35,917 nucleotides of DNA, from positions 1 to 35,917 of the IMG/VR virus record IMGVR_UViG_3300032224_000176; one strand, given 5' to 3'. Positions 26,437-35,849 of the stretch are shown one piece after another (position 1 is the first letter of the stretch; every line of letters begins with the position of its first letter). The position numbers and the translations under genes are program-made. The notes under the pieces are model-generated. The model was not told the DNA's origin. It ran no database searches and worked only from the letters and a program-made list of their open reading frames with translations. This DNA comes from a virus. Lineage: Duplodnaviria; Caudoviricetes.

Positions 26437-28022
26437 TTTTTAGCGTATCCGATTAATTTTCCTGATGAATCCAGAACTTCCCAACCTTTGGCAGTTGATT
26501 TACCAATTGTTGAACCTGCTGGCGCTCCCTTAATGGTACTGATATCTGGAGCAGTTGTCGAATTTTTGTTTACCCCACCATCTGAGGGTTTATCCTTAGC
26601 TGAAGCTTGAGCTTGTCGGCGAGCAATAATACGATTACGTATTGCGGTTTCTGCGGCTTGTTTATCTTCTGATGTAGCAGCATTTTGCCAAGTTGGGTCA
26701 AAGATTTTGTCTTTAGCGACTTGTTTGTCAAGCTCGGTATCAGCCCTATTTGTATTTTTTGTGTCTTCTGCTGCGGCTTTTTCGGGGCCAACATCCTTGA
26801 CCTGTCTAGCTGTTAACTTACCAGCCTCTGCACGCATACGTATTTTAAATGCCTCATTTGATTCACCTTCATTTGGTGTTTCCGTTTGCAGCAAATTGGC
26901 AAGGTTGTCGTCGTACAAACGCTCGGCTAACTTAGGTGGTTTGGCATTAGCACCAGCAGCGGCACCGGGGCGAGTCGCACGCATCGCAGTACCCAAGGCA
27001 TTAGCAACTGCTCTCTCTTGGTTAAGGGAAAAAGTATCTGCTGCTTGATTATCTTTACGTGCTTCTGACATAGCAGACATAGCCGCACGGCGGTTACCCA
27101 TACGCTCTTTGCGCTGAGCATCGTTGACGTTAAACCGCATGCTTTCAATAGCACGTTGTTCGGCTTGATTTGCCCGACTAGCTTCAGCCGCATGAGTAGC
27201 AAATGCTGGAAGTGCGTTACTAGCACCTTCAGCCAAATTACGACCCTTAAGCACAGCACCCGCCGCATGAAGTAATGCTAAGCCTTTGTCTTGGCTATAG
27301 TTCTTACCCATAGCTTGTTGGCGTGTATCTAAACTCTTGTTCACATCGCCATAAATATCGGGGCCGCCAACGTTTTCAAGTTGATTAACAATGTCTTTAA
27401 ACATTGCAGATTTTTCTTCTTTGGTAGGTTCTCTACGTGTGATAGACCGCATACGGTTGATGCTTTTTTGTAGCTCCCCGTATATCATTGATTGAAGACC
27501 AGCATTGCCTTGACCTGTACTAGCGTCTTCAACTCCAGTGTCGGTTTCGTCATCGTCTCCATCACTGCCATCATTGCTTTGTTGCATATCGGCCAAAGGA
27601 TTGGCGCTCACTGCGGGTGTGGGCATATTAAACCCACCTTCTTGAAACGCAACAATACCGCCCCGAGCATATCCATAATCTGGAGTTGGCAAACTAGCTA
27701 AACCACCGGACTTTGCTGTCATAGTAGGAGCTGGAGCGGCTGGTGCGGCTGTAGGCGCTGGGTTTGGGTTCATAGCACCGGGGGCCATAGCGCCAAGGCC
27801 CATCTGCGGGGCTACATTTTGAGCGACTATAGAAGGGGATGAAGTTGGTTGTTGTGCTTGCCCCGCCATCATCATCCTGTTGGACTCATTAATCAGCTTT
27901 AGTGCATTAAGCGCAGTGTAAGGGTCCAGTCTGCGATCAGGGCTTCGGCCAAGCACGGCTGCTTGTAGCATTTGGGGGTTTTGTTTATACCTATTGGCGT
28001 AAACAGATGCCATGTCAATCAT
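26433..28022 (-). CDS. putative internal virion / DNA ejection protein (529 aa)
   Basis: Ala/Gln-rich and helical; AKSGGLAS and YARGGIVAFQEGG motifs; ATGA-coupled to the giant gene. Confidence 0.6.
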   Translation of the reverse strand: MIDMASVYANRYKQNPQMLQAAVLGRSPDRRLDPYTALNALKLINESNRMMMAGQAQQPTSSPSIVAQNVAPQMGLGAMAPGAMNPNPAPTAAPAAPAPTMTAKSGGLASLPTPDYGYARGGIVAFQEGGFNMPTPAVSANPLADMQQSNDGSDGDDDETDTGVEDASTGQGNAGLQSMIYGELQKSINRMRSITRREPTKEEKSAMFKDIVNQLENVGGPDIYGDVNKSLDTRQQAMGKNYSQDKGLALLHAAGAVLKGRNLAEGASNALPAFATHAAEASRANQAEQRAIESMRFNVNDAQRKERMGNRRAAMSAMSEARKDNQAADTFSLNQERAVANALGTAMRATRPGAAAGANAKPPKLAERLYDDNLANLLQTETPNEGESNEAFKIRMRAEAGKLTARQVKDVGPEKAAAEDTKNTNRADTELDKQVAKDKIFDPTWQNAATSEDKQAAETAIRNRIIARRQAQASAKDKPSDGGVNKNSTTAPDISTIKGAPAGSTIGKSTAKGWEVLDSSGKLIGYAKK

Positions 28023-28031
28023 AATTTTTCC

Positions 28032-29222
28032 TTACACCAACTTGTTTAATGCAAGACCACCGAGGCCACTGGATTTAACTCTACCACCCTTAGCAAATAG
28101 TTTGCTAATACCAGCCGCGCCGAGACCCAACGAAGCAACAGTTTGTGCAGTCGATGGAGGTGCAGTATAGACCGTACTACCTTGCTGAGACAAGGGCGCA
28201 CCACGAATAATATCGGACATGAAGCCGAGCTGCTTGTAAGGCTGGTTCTGCTGGTTCAAGAAGTCTTGGTACTGATTACCAAGGATAGTATTCATCTGAC
28301 CCTGCTGCTGTGTGCCGTATTGATTCTGCAGTTGATTAATACCCATACCTTGGGTGTATTGATTTTGACCAAGGTTGCCTAGTGTATTAGCGCCTGTAAG
28401 GGCTGTTTGTAAGCCTTGTAAGCCAAGCCCTGCGCCGTATTGACGAGACTGCTCACCTAGTTGTGCCGCTTGCTGACGAGCTTGCTGCTCGGTATTAAAC
28501 TGTTGAAGTGCTTGACCATATGCGTTTTGTAGGCCAGTAGCTTGGATATCACCTTTTTGACGAGCCAAATCACGAGCCATCTGACCACGCATAAGATAAT
28601 CGCCACTGCCACCAAACGCACCCATACGAGCAGCTTGAGCTTGTTGAGCTTGTCCTGCAATAGCCGATTGGCGTGAGGCATCCTGTTGTTGGCGTTGTAC
28701 TACGTTTTGCATGTACGGAGACATGTATTGCTGCAGAGTGTTTTGTGGTCCACCCATACCGCCACCGTAGCCGACACCAACATCTCCGCCGCCATTATCA
28801 AAACCAACACCCCTATCACCGCCGTAACCACCCACATTCATATTGCCGCCTGTGATACTTTGCGACTGAAAATTTAATGGGTTGTACTGTGTACCGAGTG
28901 CTTGTTGCCCAGCCAAACCAGCCAAGCCTGTAGCACCTTGTAACTGATATGCTGGTTGCATGTTCTGCGCACCCTCAAAAGACTGGCGCTGCAATGGAGA
29001 GAACTGAGCAACACGCTCACCTTGATATTGCTGGTAAGGCTGGAAACCGCTAATAATTGGCAGTCCCTTTTCATCCTTCATTACGTTGCCGCTTGGGTCT
29101 TTTTGATAGGTGTACGCAACACCTGCGGCTGTACCTAAAAGGTTTTGTGCATACGGTGCAACTTCAGGTGCAAAGCCAACCTGATTCTGCGTTACTTGCG
29201 AAATATTTGTATCTGTTGCCAT
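28032..29222 (-). CDS. putative DNA pilot/ejection protein (Gln/Gly-rich)
   Basis: YMSPYMQNVV, GAFGGSG, QGLQ repeats, hydrophobic C-terminal LGLGAAG, FAKGG. Confidence 0.6.
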   Translation of the reverse strand: MATDTNISQVTQNQVGFAPEVAPYAQNLLGTAAGVAYTYQKDPSGNVMKDEKGLPIISGFQPYQQYQGERVAQFSPLQRQSFEGAQNMQPAYQLQGATGLAGLAGQQALGTQYNPLNFQSQSITGGNMNVGGYGGDRGVGFDNGGGDVGVGYGGGMGGPQNTLQQYMSPYMQNVVQRQQQDASRQSAIAGQAQQAQAARMGAFGGSGDYLMRGQMARDLARQKGDIQATGLQNAYGQALQQFNTEQQARQQAAQLGEQSRQYGAGLGLQGLQTALTGANTLGNLGQNQYTQGMGINQLQNQYGTQQQGQMNTILGNQYQDFLNQQNQPYKQLGFMSDIIRGAPLSQQGSTVYTAPPSTAQTVASLGLGAAGISKLFAKGGRVKSSGLGGLALNKLV

Positions 29223-29233
29223 TTATCGGCTCC

Positions 29234-31849
29234 TTATGCGGGAAGGTGTTTGTCGGCACGAGAGTTAGTAGCTACTCTGTTTTTGCCGACTGTTTTACTA
29301 CGAGCTTTTTGAATGCGGTCCATCATTGCGTACAACTTACGTGCGCCAGCTTCTGTTGAGCCATTGCCCAACTCAGACACAATACGTGCAGGCACTACGA
29401 ATTCGCCGTCGGCGAGCCGTGCGGGTTGGCGGTTCTTACCAATAGATGCAGGGATGCTATCAGACACACCATCACCGGGGCCTTTGAGCAAGCGGCCACC
29501 ATCGGAGTAACCACCCAAATTACTCATACCACCATTAGCGTACATGTGTGGTGAATGGTAATTAAATTTACCGGTTTGTTGTGAAAAGAATGGGTGCATA
29601 TACCCACCTCTAGCATAGTGAGCAGCCATCAAACCACCTCTAGCAGCTGACGTATCCTCAAACTGATCCATATATCTATCGCCGCCACTTCTTTCATAAC
29701 CACCATAATCACCGTAGCCGCCATAACCACCATAGCCACCGCCACCACCAGTGTATTCACCACCACCAACATCTTCTGTGTACTCATCTGGAATTTCTGC
29801 ATACCCATCAACAGGCGCAACGTAGTCAGGTACGTATGGATACCCAGTTTCTTCTACAGGTGTTGGTTCACCGGGTTTACCCTCATCAACATATTCAGGT
29901 ACAAACTCATCCCTAGCAGTTACAGCAGGCTCATCCACGTAGTCATCCATTGGGGGCTCAACTACTACAGGCTCTTGATACTCAGGAGGTTCTACAAACT
30001 CAGGCTCTTTTACTACAGGTTCTACAAGCTCAGGCGCGGGCTCACCGCGATCTGAAATTTCAACTGGGTCATGATACTCAGGAGGTTCTGTCTCTTTTAC
30101 TACAGGTTCTACAAGCTCAGGCTCTGGCTCAACTACTGGCTCCTCTTGCGGGTCAAAAGGAATATCTGGTCCGGGATCTTTTACCACTTCAGGATCTTTG
30201 TTATCAAAAACCACGGGTTCATCCGTATAGGTGTCATCCCCATATTCATCTATTGGTAAAGGCTCAACTATTGGCTCTTCTTGTGGATCAAAAGGAATAT
30301 CTAGCCCGGGGTCTCTTACTTCTTCAGGATCTACGTATCTATAAGGATCAGTTTCGGGGTCAACAGTTTTGTCATTAAAAACTACGGGCTCATCTGTATA
30401 AGTATCAGCATCCCTAGCAGTAATGTAGGGGTCATCCACATAGTCATCTATTGGGGGAGTATAAGTAGATGGGAAGTCCTCATCTGGGCTAGGCATTACT
30501 GGCTCTGTATAAGTAGATGGGAAGTCCTCATCTGGGCTAGGCATTACTGGCTCTGTATAAGTAGATGGGAAGTCCTCATCTGGGCTAGGCATTACTGGCT
30601 CAGGCTCGCCACGATCTGGGTAATCTACTTCTGGTTCAGGCTCGCCACGGTCTGGGTAATCTACTTCTGGTTCAGTATCGTCGTAAACGTCGTCAAAAAA
30701 GTCAGCCTCTGGATTTTCAGCCGGATTAAACTGCTCATCTGGATCCCTAAGATAATTTCGAGGGTCCGTAAGTTCTGTAGGAGGCACGTAGGGTTGAGTC
30801 GGCGCCTCAATTGTTCCAGTACCGGTTTGCACTTCATTTGGTGGTGTAGAACTTGTACCTGTACCTGTACCGCCTACAGGAGTTTGCAATGATGTAAATG
30901 TTGGTCCAGTCTGCCCCGTTCCTACTCCTGTTGGGGGTTGAACAAAAGACCTACCGGTGTTACCCATTAAGTAATCATAAGCTGCTTTAGACTGACCTGA
31001 CAAAGTATTAAATCTGGCGTTAGGATCATCAGCAGGATCACCGCCACCGGCAAGTGCAAGCAAGCCGCCATTCCTAAACCCAGCTTTGACGGGAGTTAAA
31101 CGGGTAAGAGATTGAGTGCGGGGGTCATAGTCATAAGGACGAATGTACCCGGGGTTTGCGGCAGCCGTAGGCATTTTGGTACTAGTCGGCACCATTGCAT
31201 CAGCAATTATGGGGGACGTAGCGGCCAGACCGTACTTCAAATTATTTCCGGCAAAATGTAAAGCATCCGTGGGAGACGCAGTTACAGAGCTAAACCCTGC
31301 TCCCAGTTTGTCATATGGTGAAGCTGACGCTATTTTCTCAGAAACCATCCTATCAATTTCTGCGTCGCCTAGCTGCCCAGAAGCAATCTCCGCCGCTTTT
31401 TCTCTAGCAATATCATTTGTAAATTGGCTAGATAGCGCACCGGTACCCGCTTCCGCTAAACTTCCAGCCATACCAGCGCCACCATAGGCACCGAGGCCCG
31501 CCATAAGGCCTTTTTGTAAACTACCAGTACGTAATGCTTCAAAACCACCAACAGCAACTCCGGTACCAATAGCGCCAGCAGTAGCCGCACCAGCCCCCAA
31601 AGCACTCCCAATTGCAGAACCAAAACCGGGTGCAAATGCATTAAGGCCAAAACCAATAATTGCGGGTAGCAGGTTTTTCAAAAAACCCGCTTCTGGGAGA
31701 CCAGTCTCGGGGTTAATAGTCAGAGACCCACCATGTTTTAAAGCCAACGCCTGAAGACCCTGCACTTCATTGGGGGTCATGTGTATAAGCATTGAGTCGG
31801 GGCCGCGACCCTTAGATGCCACGTGGTTGGCTATTGCGTGAAGGCTCAT
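29234..31849 (-). CDS. putative ejection protein with acidic Pro-rich repeat insert (871 aa)
   Basis: N-terminal IHMTPNEV...GSLTINPETGLPEA followed by Gly/Ala hydrophobic segments; C-terminal GPGDGVSDSIPA...LADGEFVVPA. Confidence 0.65.
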   Translation of the reverse strand: MSLHAIANHVASKGRGPDSMLIHMTPNEVQGLQALALKHGGSLTINPETGLPEAGFLKNLLPAIIGFGLNAFAPGFGSAIGSALGAGAATAGAIGTGVAVGGFEALRTGSLQKGLMAGLGAYGGAGMAGSLAEAGTGALSSQFTNDIAREKAAEIASGQLGDAEIDRMVSEKIASASPYDKLGAGFSSVTASPTDALHFAGNNLKYGLAATSPIIADAMVPTSTKMPTAAANPGYIRPYDYDPRTQSLTRLTPVKAGFRNGGLLALAGGGDPADDPNARFNTLSGQSKAAYDYLMGNTGRSFVQPPTGVGTGQTGPTFTSLQTPVGGTGTGTSSTPPNEVQTGTGTIEAPTQPYVPPTELTDPRNYLRDPDEQFNPAENPEADFFDDVYDDTEPEVDYPDRGEPEPEVDYPDRGEPEPVMPSPDEDFPSTYTEPVMPSPDEDFPSTYTEPVMPSPDEDFPSTYTPPIDDYVDDPYITARDADTYTDEPVVFNDKTVDPETDPYRYVDPEEVRDPGLDIPFDPQEEPIVEPLPIDEYGDDTYTDEPVVFDNKDPEVVKDPGPDIPFDPQEEPVVEPEPELVEPVVKETEPPEYHDPVEISDRGEPAPELVEPVVKEPEFVEPPEYQEPVVVEPPMDDYVDEPAVTARDEFVPEYVDEGKPGEPTPVEETGYPYVPDYVAPVDGYAEIPDEYTEDVGGGEYTGGGGGYGGYGGYGDYGGYERSGGDRYMDQFEDTSAARGGLMAAHYARGGYMHPFFSQQTGKFNYHSPHMYANGGMSNLGGYSDGGRLLKGPGDGVSDSIPASIGKNRQPARLADGEFVVPARIVSELGNGSTEAGARKLYAMMDRIQKARSKTVGKNRVATNSRADKHLPA
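30459..30601. repeat. 48-bp perfect tandem repeat x3 (coding EPVMPSPDEDFPSTYT)
   Basis: ATAAGTAGATGGGAAGTCCTCATCTGGGCTAGGCATTACTGGCTC at 30461, 30509 and 30557. Confidence 0.95.
30601..30675. repeat. 36-bp tandem repeat x2 (coding EPEVDYPDRGEP)
   Basis: CAGGCTCGCCACGRTCTGGGTAATCTACTTCTGGTT twice, one mismatch. Confidence 0.9.
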
Positions 31850-31877
31850 AATTGCCTCTCAAAATGGGGGTTAGTCG

Positions 31878-31906
31878 ATAATATCATGTTGACGTCTTTA
31901 TGCGAA
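31878..31906 (-). promoter_or_regulatory. possible internal promoter for the ejection-gene block
   Basis: On the - strand: TTCGCA, 17 nt, TGa-TATTAT; then GAGAGG RBS before ATG 31849. Confidence 0.35.
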
Positions 31907-32156
31907 GCATTTGGCTAGTTGCTTGTACACCATCTTGTGTGTCTCTGTAAACATCGCCTAAGCGCAAATTGGGCAAATCCGCATCAGTCGGCAACGTATT
32001 TAAGTTTAGGTTTAGCGTGGCCCCGCCTATGTTGCCGGGGTTTGACAGCTGGTTAAAAAACAAACGCAAGACGTTGTTTAGTTGGTCTTGATACCTGCGT
32101 TCGTACTCTTCGGGGGCCAGCGGTAAGCTTGGTGGAGATACATTTAATTCAGCCAT
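31884..32156 (-). CDS. hypothetical virion-associated protein (90 aa)
   Basis: PSLPLAPEEY...NNVLRLFFNQL; TAATG coupling to the upstream gene. Confidence 0.7.
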   Translation of the reverse strand: MAELNVSPPSLPLAPEEYERRYQDQLNNVLRLFFNQLSNPGNIGGATLNLNLNTLPTDADLPNLRLGDVYRDTQDGVQATSQMLRIKTST

Positions 32157-34234
32157 TAGCGTCTACCATCTGGTCTGATATCAATACGGGGGGCGCCCAA
32201 TTGCCATGTTGTATTGATTTGATTAGAACTAATTTTAAAAATCATTTGACGGCCACGGAAGCGCGTATAAATCTGCCCAGTAAATTCTTCAGTAATGTTG
32301 TACGCACTGCTTTTTAAAACCGGCTGGCTTGCATCACTTGTTACACCTGAGCCTGAGTTAGTTAGGCCATACAGCTCCATCGTCACAGTAGCGGGGCTAC
32401 CTATGGGAGAGGCGGACGAGTTTTCAAAAGTTAAGTCGGGCAGGATACGCCACACAAAACCAAAGTTGTGGCCATCACCAATATCAAATTCAGATGAGGC
32501 AATGTATGCATTAATAGCTGCTGGGGTAGTGGTTGTACTGTCATTTATACCCTTTTCATGGTTTACCAAGTTGTTATTGTAGGTAGCAGCAATTGGATAG
32601 GATTGGAGTCCAGAGTCCAGCCATGCAGTTCGTGCCATAGTGCCGTAATACCAAACTTTCTCTAGGTAGTTGTACACAACGTACCGGTTGATCGCAGTAG
32701 CGCCAGTAGAACAGTAGAACCACCAGATTTCATTAAAGCCTTCATTTGTACCCGCAAAAACCTGCAAATACTGTTCTTGATTTAGGTCTTGGAAGATGTA
32801 CCGGCGTAGGTCACAGTTAAGGGTTTGCACACGGCCATCGTACACATAGAACTTATCCACGCCCATCCAGTACACAGCACCGGAAGCAATGATCGCCGAA
32901 TTGGGGCTAAGAATAGAAATGTTGTCGCCGAGCAGCTGCGACGCCCAAACGTAGGGTGGTCCTAGGTATTGGAGCGAGTAAACACTTGAGTCGGTAAATA
33001 CTACAATCTCCTGACGAGACTGCACGGTAGTAACAATCTGAGAGCCATGAGACAGGCGGGTAAACCCTGCTTGGTTAGTAGCGTCGGGCGTCCAGTTGTA
33101 GGGGTCATTTTGCCCAGACCAACGAATCAGCATAGGGTCAATTGAGGTCTGGCCATAATCATTAGTACCAAACACCATCACAAAGCGGGAAGAGTCTGAG
33201 ACAGTAAGATTGTTTTGGGCAATAGGCGCGTCAACAATTAAAGATATGTATACGCCAGAACCCGTAGAGGTTGTGCTTATTTCGTTACCGGCAGCATTAA
33301 TTAAACCAAAAGTATTACCGTCAACTTGAAATGCATAGTATGTTGTAGCTACAACAATATTACCGGGCAGGGAGGTAGTGGCAGCAAACTGAAGCGCAGC
33401 GCCCTCGGTAAAAGTAACAGTAGAAGTTACCACAGTCGGCACGCCTGTAGATGAGCTATTTGTAAAAGTTACAGTACCACCAAGAGTATTAAGCGCAACA
33501 CCACGAGTGCCGACACCGCCAGCTGCATCCCAGTAATAGATATTGCCACCACGGGGACCATAAACTAGGTCCTCACCATAATTAATTTGGTTCCAAAGCT
33601 GCAGTGGGCTAGTACTTGTACCGCCAGAACCCCAAGGGCCAGCACCCCAAGCACCCGCACCCCAGCCTGTTAGAGGAATAGCAAAAGCAGGACCAGCATT
33701 GACTTGGTAAGCGGCAACAACTGCAGACCCCCCGTAAGCACCAGCAGGAATACTACTTGGTACGGCAATTGTGTATGTGTCAAGGCTAATAACTGTGACT
33801 TGATATTCTGCATTCCACGTTGAAGCATAAGTGCCAGTAGCTCCGCTAAATGTTACAAACGACCCTGTTGTTGCCCCGTGTGCTACAGAAGTTACAGTGA
33901 CTGTAGTAGTGCCATCAGCAGTAAAAGGGTTTGTGCCAAGCGTTACAGTTGTGCGAATGGGGGTAATATCGTTGTATAAACCGCCGCTTTCAATGTAAAA
34001 CTTGGTATTAGTGCCGACGCCAACCAAATTTAAAAAGCCAAGCGTTACCCAATTCCAAAGTGAGCGACAAATGCCATTAAATAGGGATGTAGAAATCTGC
34101 TCCCACCCGCCAATGACTTCGGGATTACCCTGACGAAAACGAATCTTGTCGCACTCATACCAGCCACCCTCAGTGGTGTATCTAGTATTTTCCCGATTGA
34201 CACCGGGTTTAAAAAGAATTTTTTGTAATGCCAT
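32156..34234 (-). CDS. tail/head-closure (nozzle, P22 gp10-like) structural protein
   Basis: beta-rich W/G pattern (MLIRWS, VYWMGVDKFYVYDG, NEIWWFY), Thr-rich inserted beta domains, C-terminal DIRPDGRR; position before ejection genes. Confidence 0.65.
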   Translation of the reverse strand: MALQKILFKPGVNRENTRYTTEGGWYECDKIRFRQGNPEVIGGWEQISTSLFNGICRSLWNWVTLGFLNLVGVGTNTKFYIESGGLYNDITPIRTTVTLGTNPFTADGTTTVTVTSVAHGATTGSFVTFSGATGTYASTWNAEYQVTVISLDTYTIAVPSSIPAGAYGGSAVVAAYQVNAGPAFAIPLTGWGAGAWGAGPWGSGGTSTSPLQLWNQINYGEDLVYGPRGGNIYYWDAAGGVGTRGVALNTLGGTVTFTNSSSTGVPTVVTSTVTFTEGAALQFAATTSLPGNIVVATTYYAFQVDGNTFGLINAAGNEISTTSTGSGVYISLIVDAPIAQNNLTVSDSSRFVMVFGTNDYGQTSIDPMLIRWSGQNDPYNWTPDATNQAGFTRLSHGSQIVTTVQSRQEIVVFTDSSVYSLQYLGPPYVWASQLLGDNISILSPNSAIIASGAVYWMGVDKFYVYDGRVQTLNCDLRRYIFQDLNQEQYLQVFAGTNEGFNEIWWFYCSTGATAINRYVVYNYLEKVWYYGTMARTAWLDSGLQSYPIAATYNNNLVNHEKGINDSTTTTPAAINAYIASSEFDIGDGHNFGFVWRILPDLTFENSSASPIGSPATVTMELYGLTNSGSGVTSDASQPVLKSSAYNITEEFTGQIYTRFRGRQMIFKISSNQINTTWQLGAPRIDIRPDGRR

Positions 34235-34264
34235 GGCTTATTTTCCCATCAATTGAGGGACGCA

Positions 34265-34693
34265 TCAAGCATAAGCTCTAGTGCCAGCTTTGTCGATAAT
34301 CAGCGCTTGTTTTCTAGGCTTGGCATCAGGTGTGTTAGGTATGCTCAAGTGTGTCCAACGGTCAAACTCTCGGATGACCTGATCGTAGCCAAGATTTGAT
34401 GCAATAATTGCTTTGACAACCTGATCTGGCGTCAGTTCAGGAACTCGGAAATCCACAGCAGCAGCAAGGCGATGCTGGCTCCGATCAGAGCTGCCCACTG
34501 CATCATTGACTTGCTTGCTTCTAAAAGCCGAGTTGACCATGATTGGTCTACCCCCAAGTACTGTTTTGACGTCTTCAAGAAACTCTGCGAGGCGTTTGAG
34601 GTTCTCGAGTTCTTTATCATTTGGCGTATTATCATATTGTCTGTGATCTGTATGCGTTAGTTCTTCTAAGGTAAAGTGTTCAGTCAAATTCAT
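34265..34693 (-). CDS. peptidase M15A-family endolysin
   Basis: HFTLEEL, SAFRS...N..VG, SQH......D and WTH zinc-ligand pattern. Confidence 0.85.
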   Translation of the reverse strand: MNLTEHFTLEELTHTDHRQYDNTPNDKELENLKRLAEFLEDVKTVLGGRPIMVNSAFRSKQVNDAVGSSDRSQHRLAAAVDFRVPELTPDQVVKAIIASNLGYDQVIREFDRWTHLSIPNTPDAKPRKQALIIDKAGTRAYA

Positions 34694-35097
34694 TTTTTCA
34701 CCCTGTCGGTAATTTTCTCAAGTGTTCTGCCACCAAAATAAAATGACATGACAAGCATGCCCCACTGCCCCAGCAGCTCAACGTACGCGCCACGGGTTTC
34801 GTATTCGAAGATAGACGCAATTGCAAAGCCAGAATAGGCCACCAGCAAGAATATCAGCGTCATGGGGCGAATGTTTTTAGACAGCCAAGAATCGGATGCC
34901 ATGTCCGCCTGAACGCGCTGGGTCAAGTTGTTTTGCTCGGTCTTGTACAGCTCAGTCTCATTAGCCATTTTAGCCAGCTCGCCGTCTTGCGCCATCTTAG
35001 CCAACTCCATCTGGGCTTTGGCTTTAGCTTCAGGGTCGGGGATCAGCTTGTCGATGAGCTTGCCGCCCACGTTTAGTAGTGCATCTAGTCCAATCAT
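34690..35097 (-). CDS. holin (3TM, gene-transfer-agent-like)
   Basis: DKLIPDP, SDSWLSKNIRP, hydrophobic segments, FYFGGRTLEK; adjacent to the endolysin. Confidence 0.75.
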   Translation of the reverse strand: MIGLDALLNVGGKLIDKLIPDPEAKAKAQMELAKMAQDGELAKMANETELYKTEQNNLTQRVQADMASDSWLSKNIRPMTLIFLLVAYSGFAIASIFEYETRGAYVELLGQWGMLVMSFYFGGRTLEKITDRVKK

Positions 35098-35324
35098 TTT
35101 GTATCCTGATTCTGTGAAAGTTTAACGCCAGCAAGGAGGCCAATAAAACCGCCAATGATGGTCTGGAACGCCGGGCTGAGCATAGCAAAAATTTCTTTAT
35201 TATCAACTTCTTTAGCCCACAAGCCGAGTAGGAAGGCCGTCACCATCCCAAGGATGCAAAGGCAAAGCGTTGCGCTCACCATAAATGTCACCCAAAATGT
35301 CAGTTTGTTTCTTGAATCTTCCAT
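35094..35324 (-). CDS. two-TM membrane protein (76 aa)
   Basis: GAGG RBS before ATG 35324 (MEDSRNKL); two hydrophobic helices. Confidence 0.7.
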   Translation of the reverse strand: MEDSRNKLTFWVTFMVSATLCLCILGMVTAFLLGLWAKEVDNKEIFAMLSPAFQTIIGGFIGLLAGVKLSQNQDTK

Positions 35325-35331
35325 TTTGTCC

Positions 35332-35568
35332 TCACACAAATATTGCAAAACGTCGGTGATTGTTAATATTCTCCAACGAAATTGTATTTTCTCTAGCTCG
35401 CTTGTTGTAAAGTTCAACATCTAATTCTTGGGTTTTGATGGCTAATTTCTTACATTCCACGGCTTCTTTGTATTGCTCTAACTTCTTTTCTACCGCACGA
35501 TCAAAAGCAACCATTTTTGCATCATAGGTTGGCTGAACCATTGGATACCATTTGTCTAAGGTAATCAT
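35332..35568 (-). CDS. hypothetical protein (78 aa)
   Basis: ATGA-coupled ORF in the - strand operon. Confidence 0.65.
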   Translation of the reverse strand: MITLDKWYPMVQPTYDAKMVAFDRAVEKKLEQYKEAVECKKLAIKTQELDVELYNKRARENTISLENINNHRRFAIFV

Positions 35569-35849
35569 TTCTTTTCCCTTTCAGCCGCCCTTGCATAGTA
35601 ATACAACACTTTAGAACGAAGTTCTGCACTATCCGCAACCCCCGCCCATGCCGCAAGGTTATTCCAAATACCCGCTAGTTGCTCAGAGGAACAGTTATCA
35701 CCATTTGTGGTGAGCCACTCCGACAATCTTTGATGCCTCTCCGATGGGTTTCCCAGCCAACTCAGAGCGTAAAAGTCTGTAACTGTGCAAGGCGCTTTTG
35801 CACTCGCCCAAAATACCAAGCAAATAAGAAATAGCCAAAACCATTTCAT
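35565..35849 (-). CDS. putative secreted protein (signal peptide, two Cys in the mature part)
   Basis: MKWFWLFLICLVFWASAKA signal-like N-terminus; ATG 35849 overlaps the upstream stop. Confidence 0.65.
   Translation of the reverse strand: MKWFWLFLICLVFWASAKAPCTVTDFYALSWLGNPSERHQRLSEWLTTNGDNCSSEQLAGIWNNLAAWAGVADSAELRSKVLYYYARAAEREKK

Noticed and set aside
24666-27268. Other same-strand alternative-frame ORFs (24666, 24864, 26570, 26927)
   Set aside because: Leu/Lys/Met-rich composition typical of frame shadows, and no convincing RBS.
30459-30675. Tandem repeats as CRISPR or origin iterons
   Set aside because: No unique spacers; unit lengths are multiples of 3 and in frame within a CDS.
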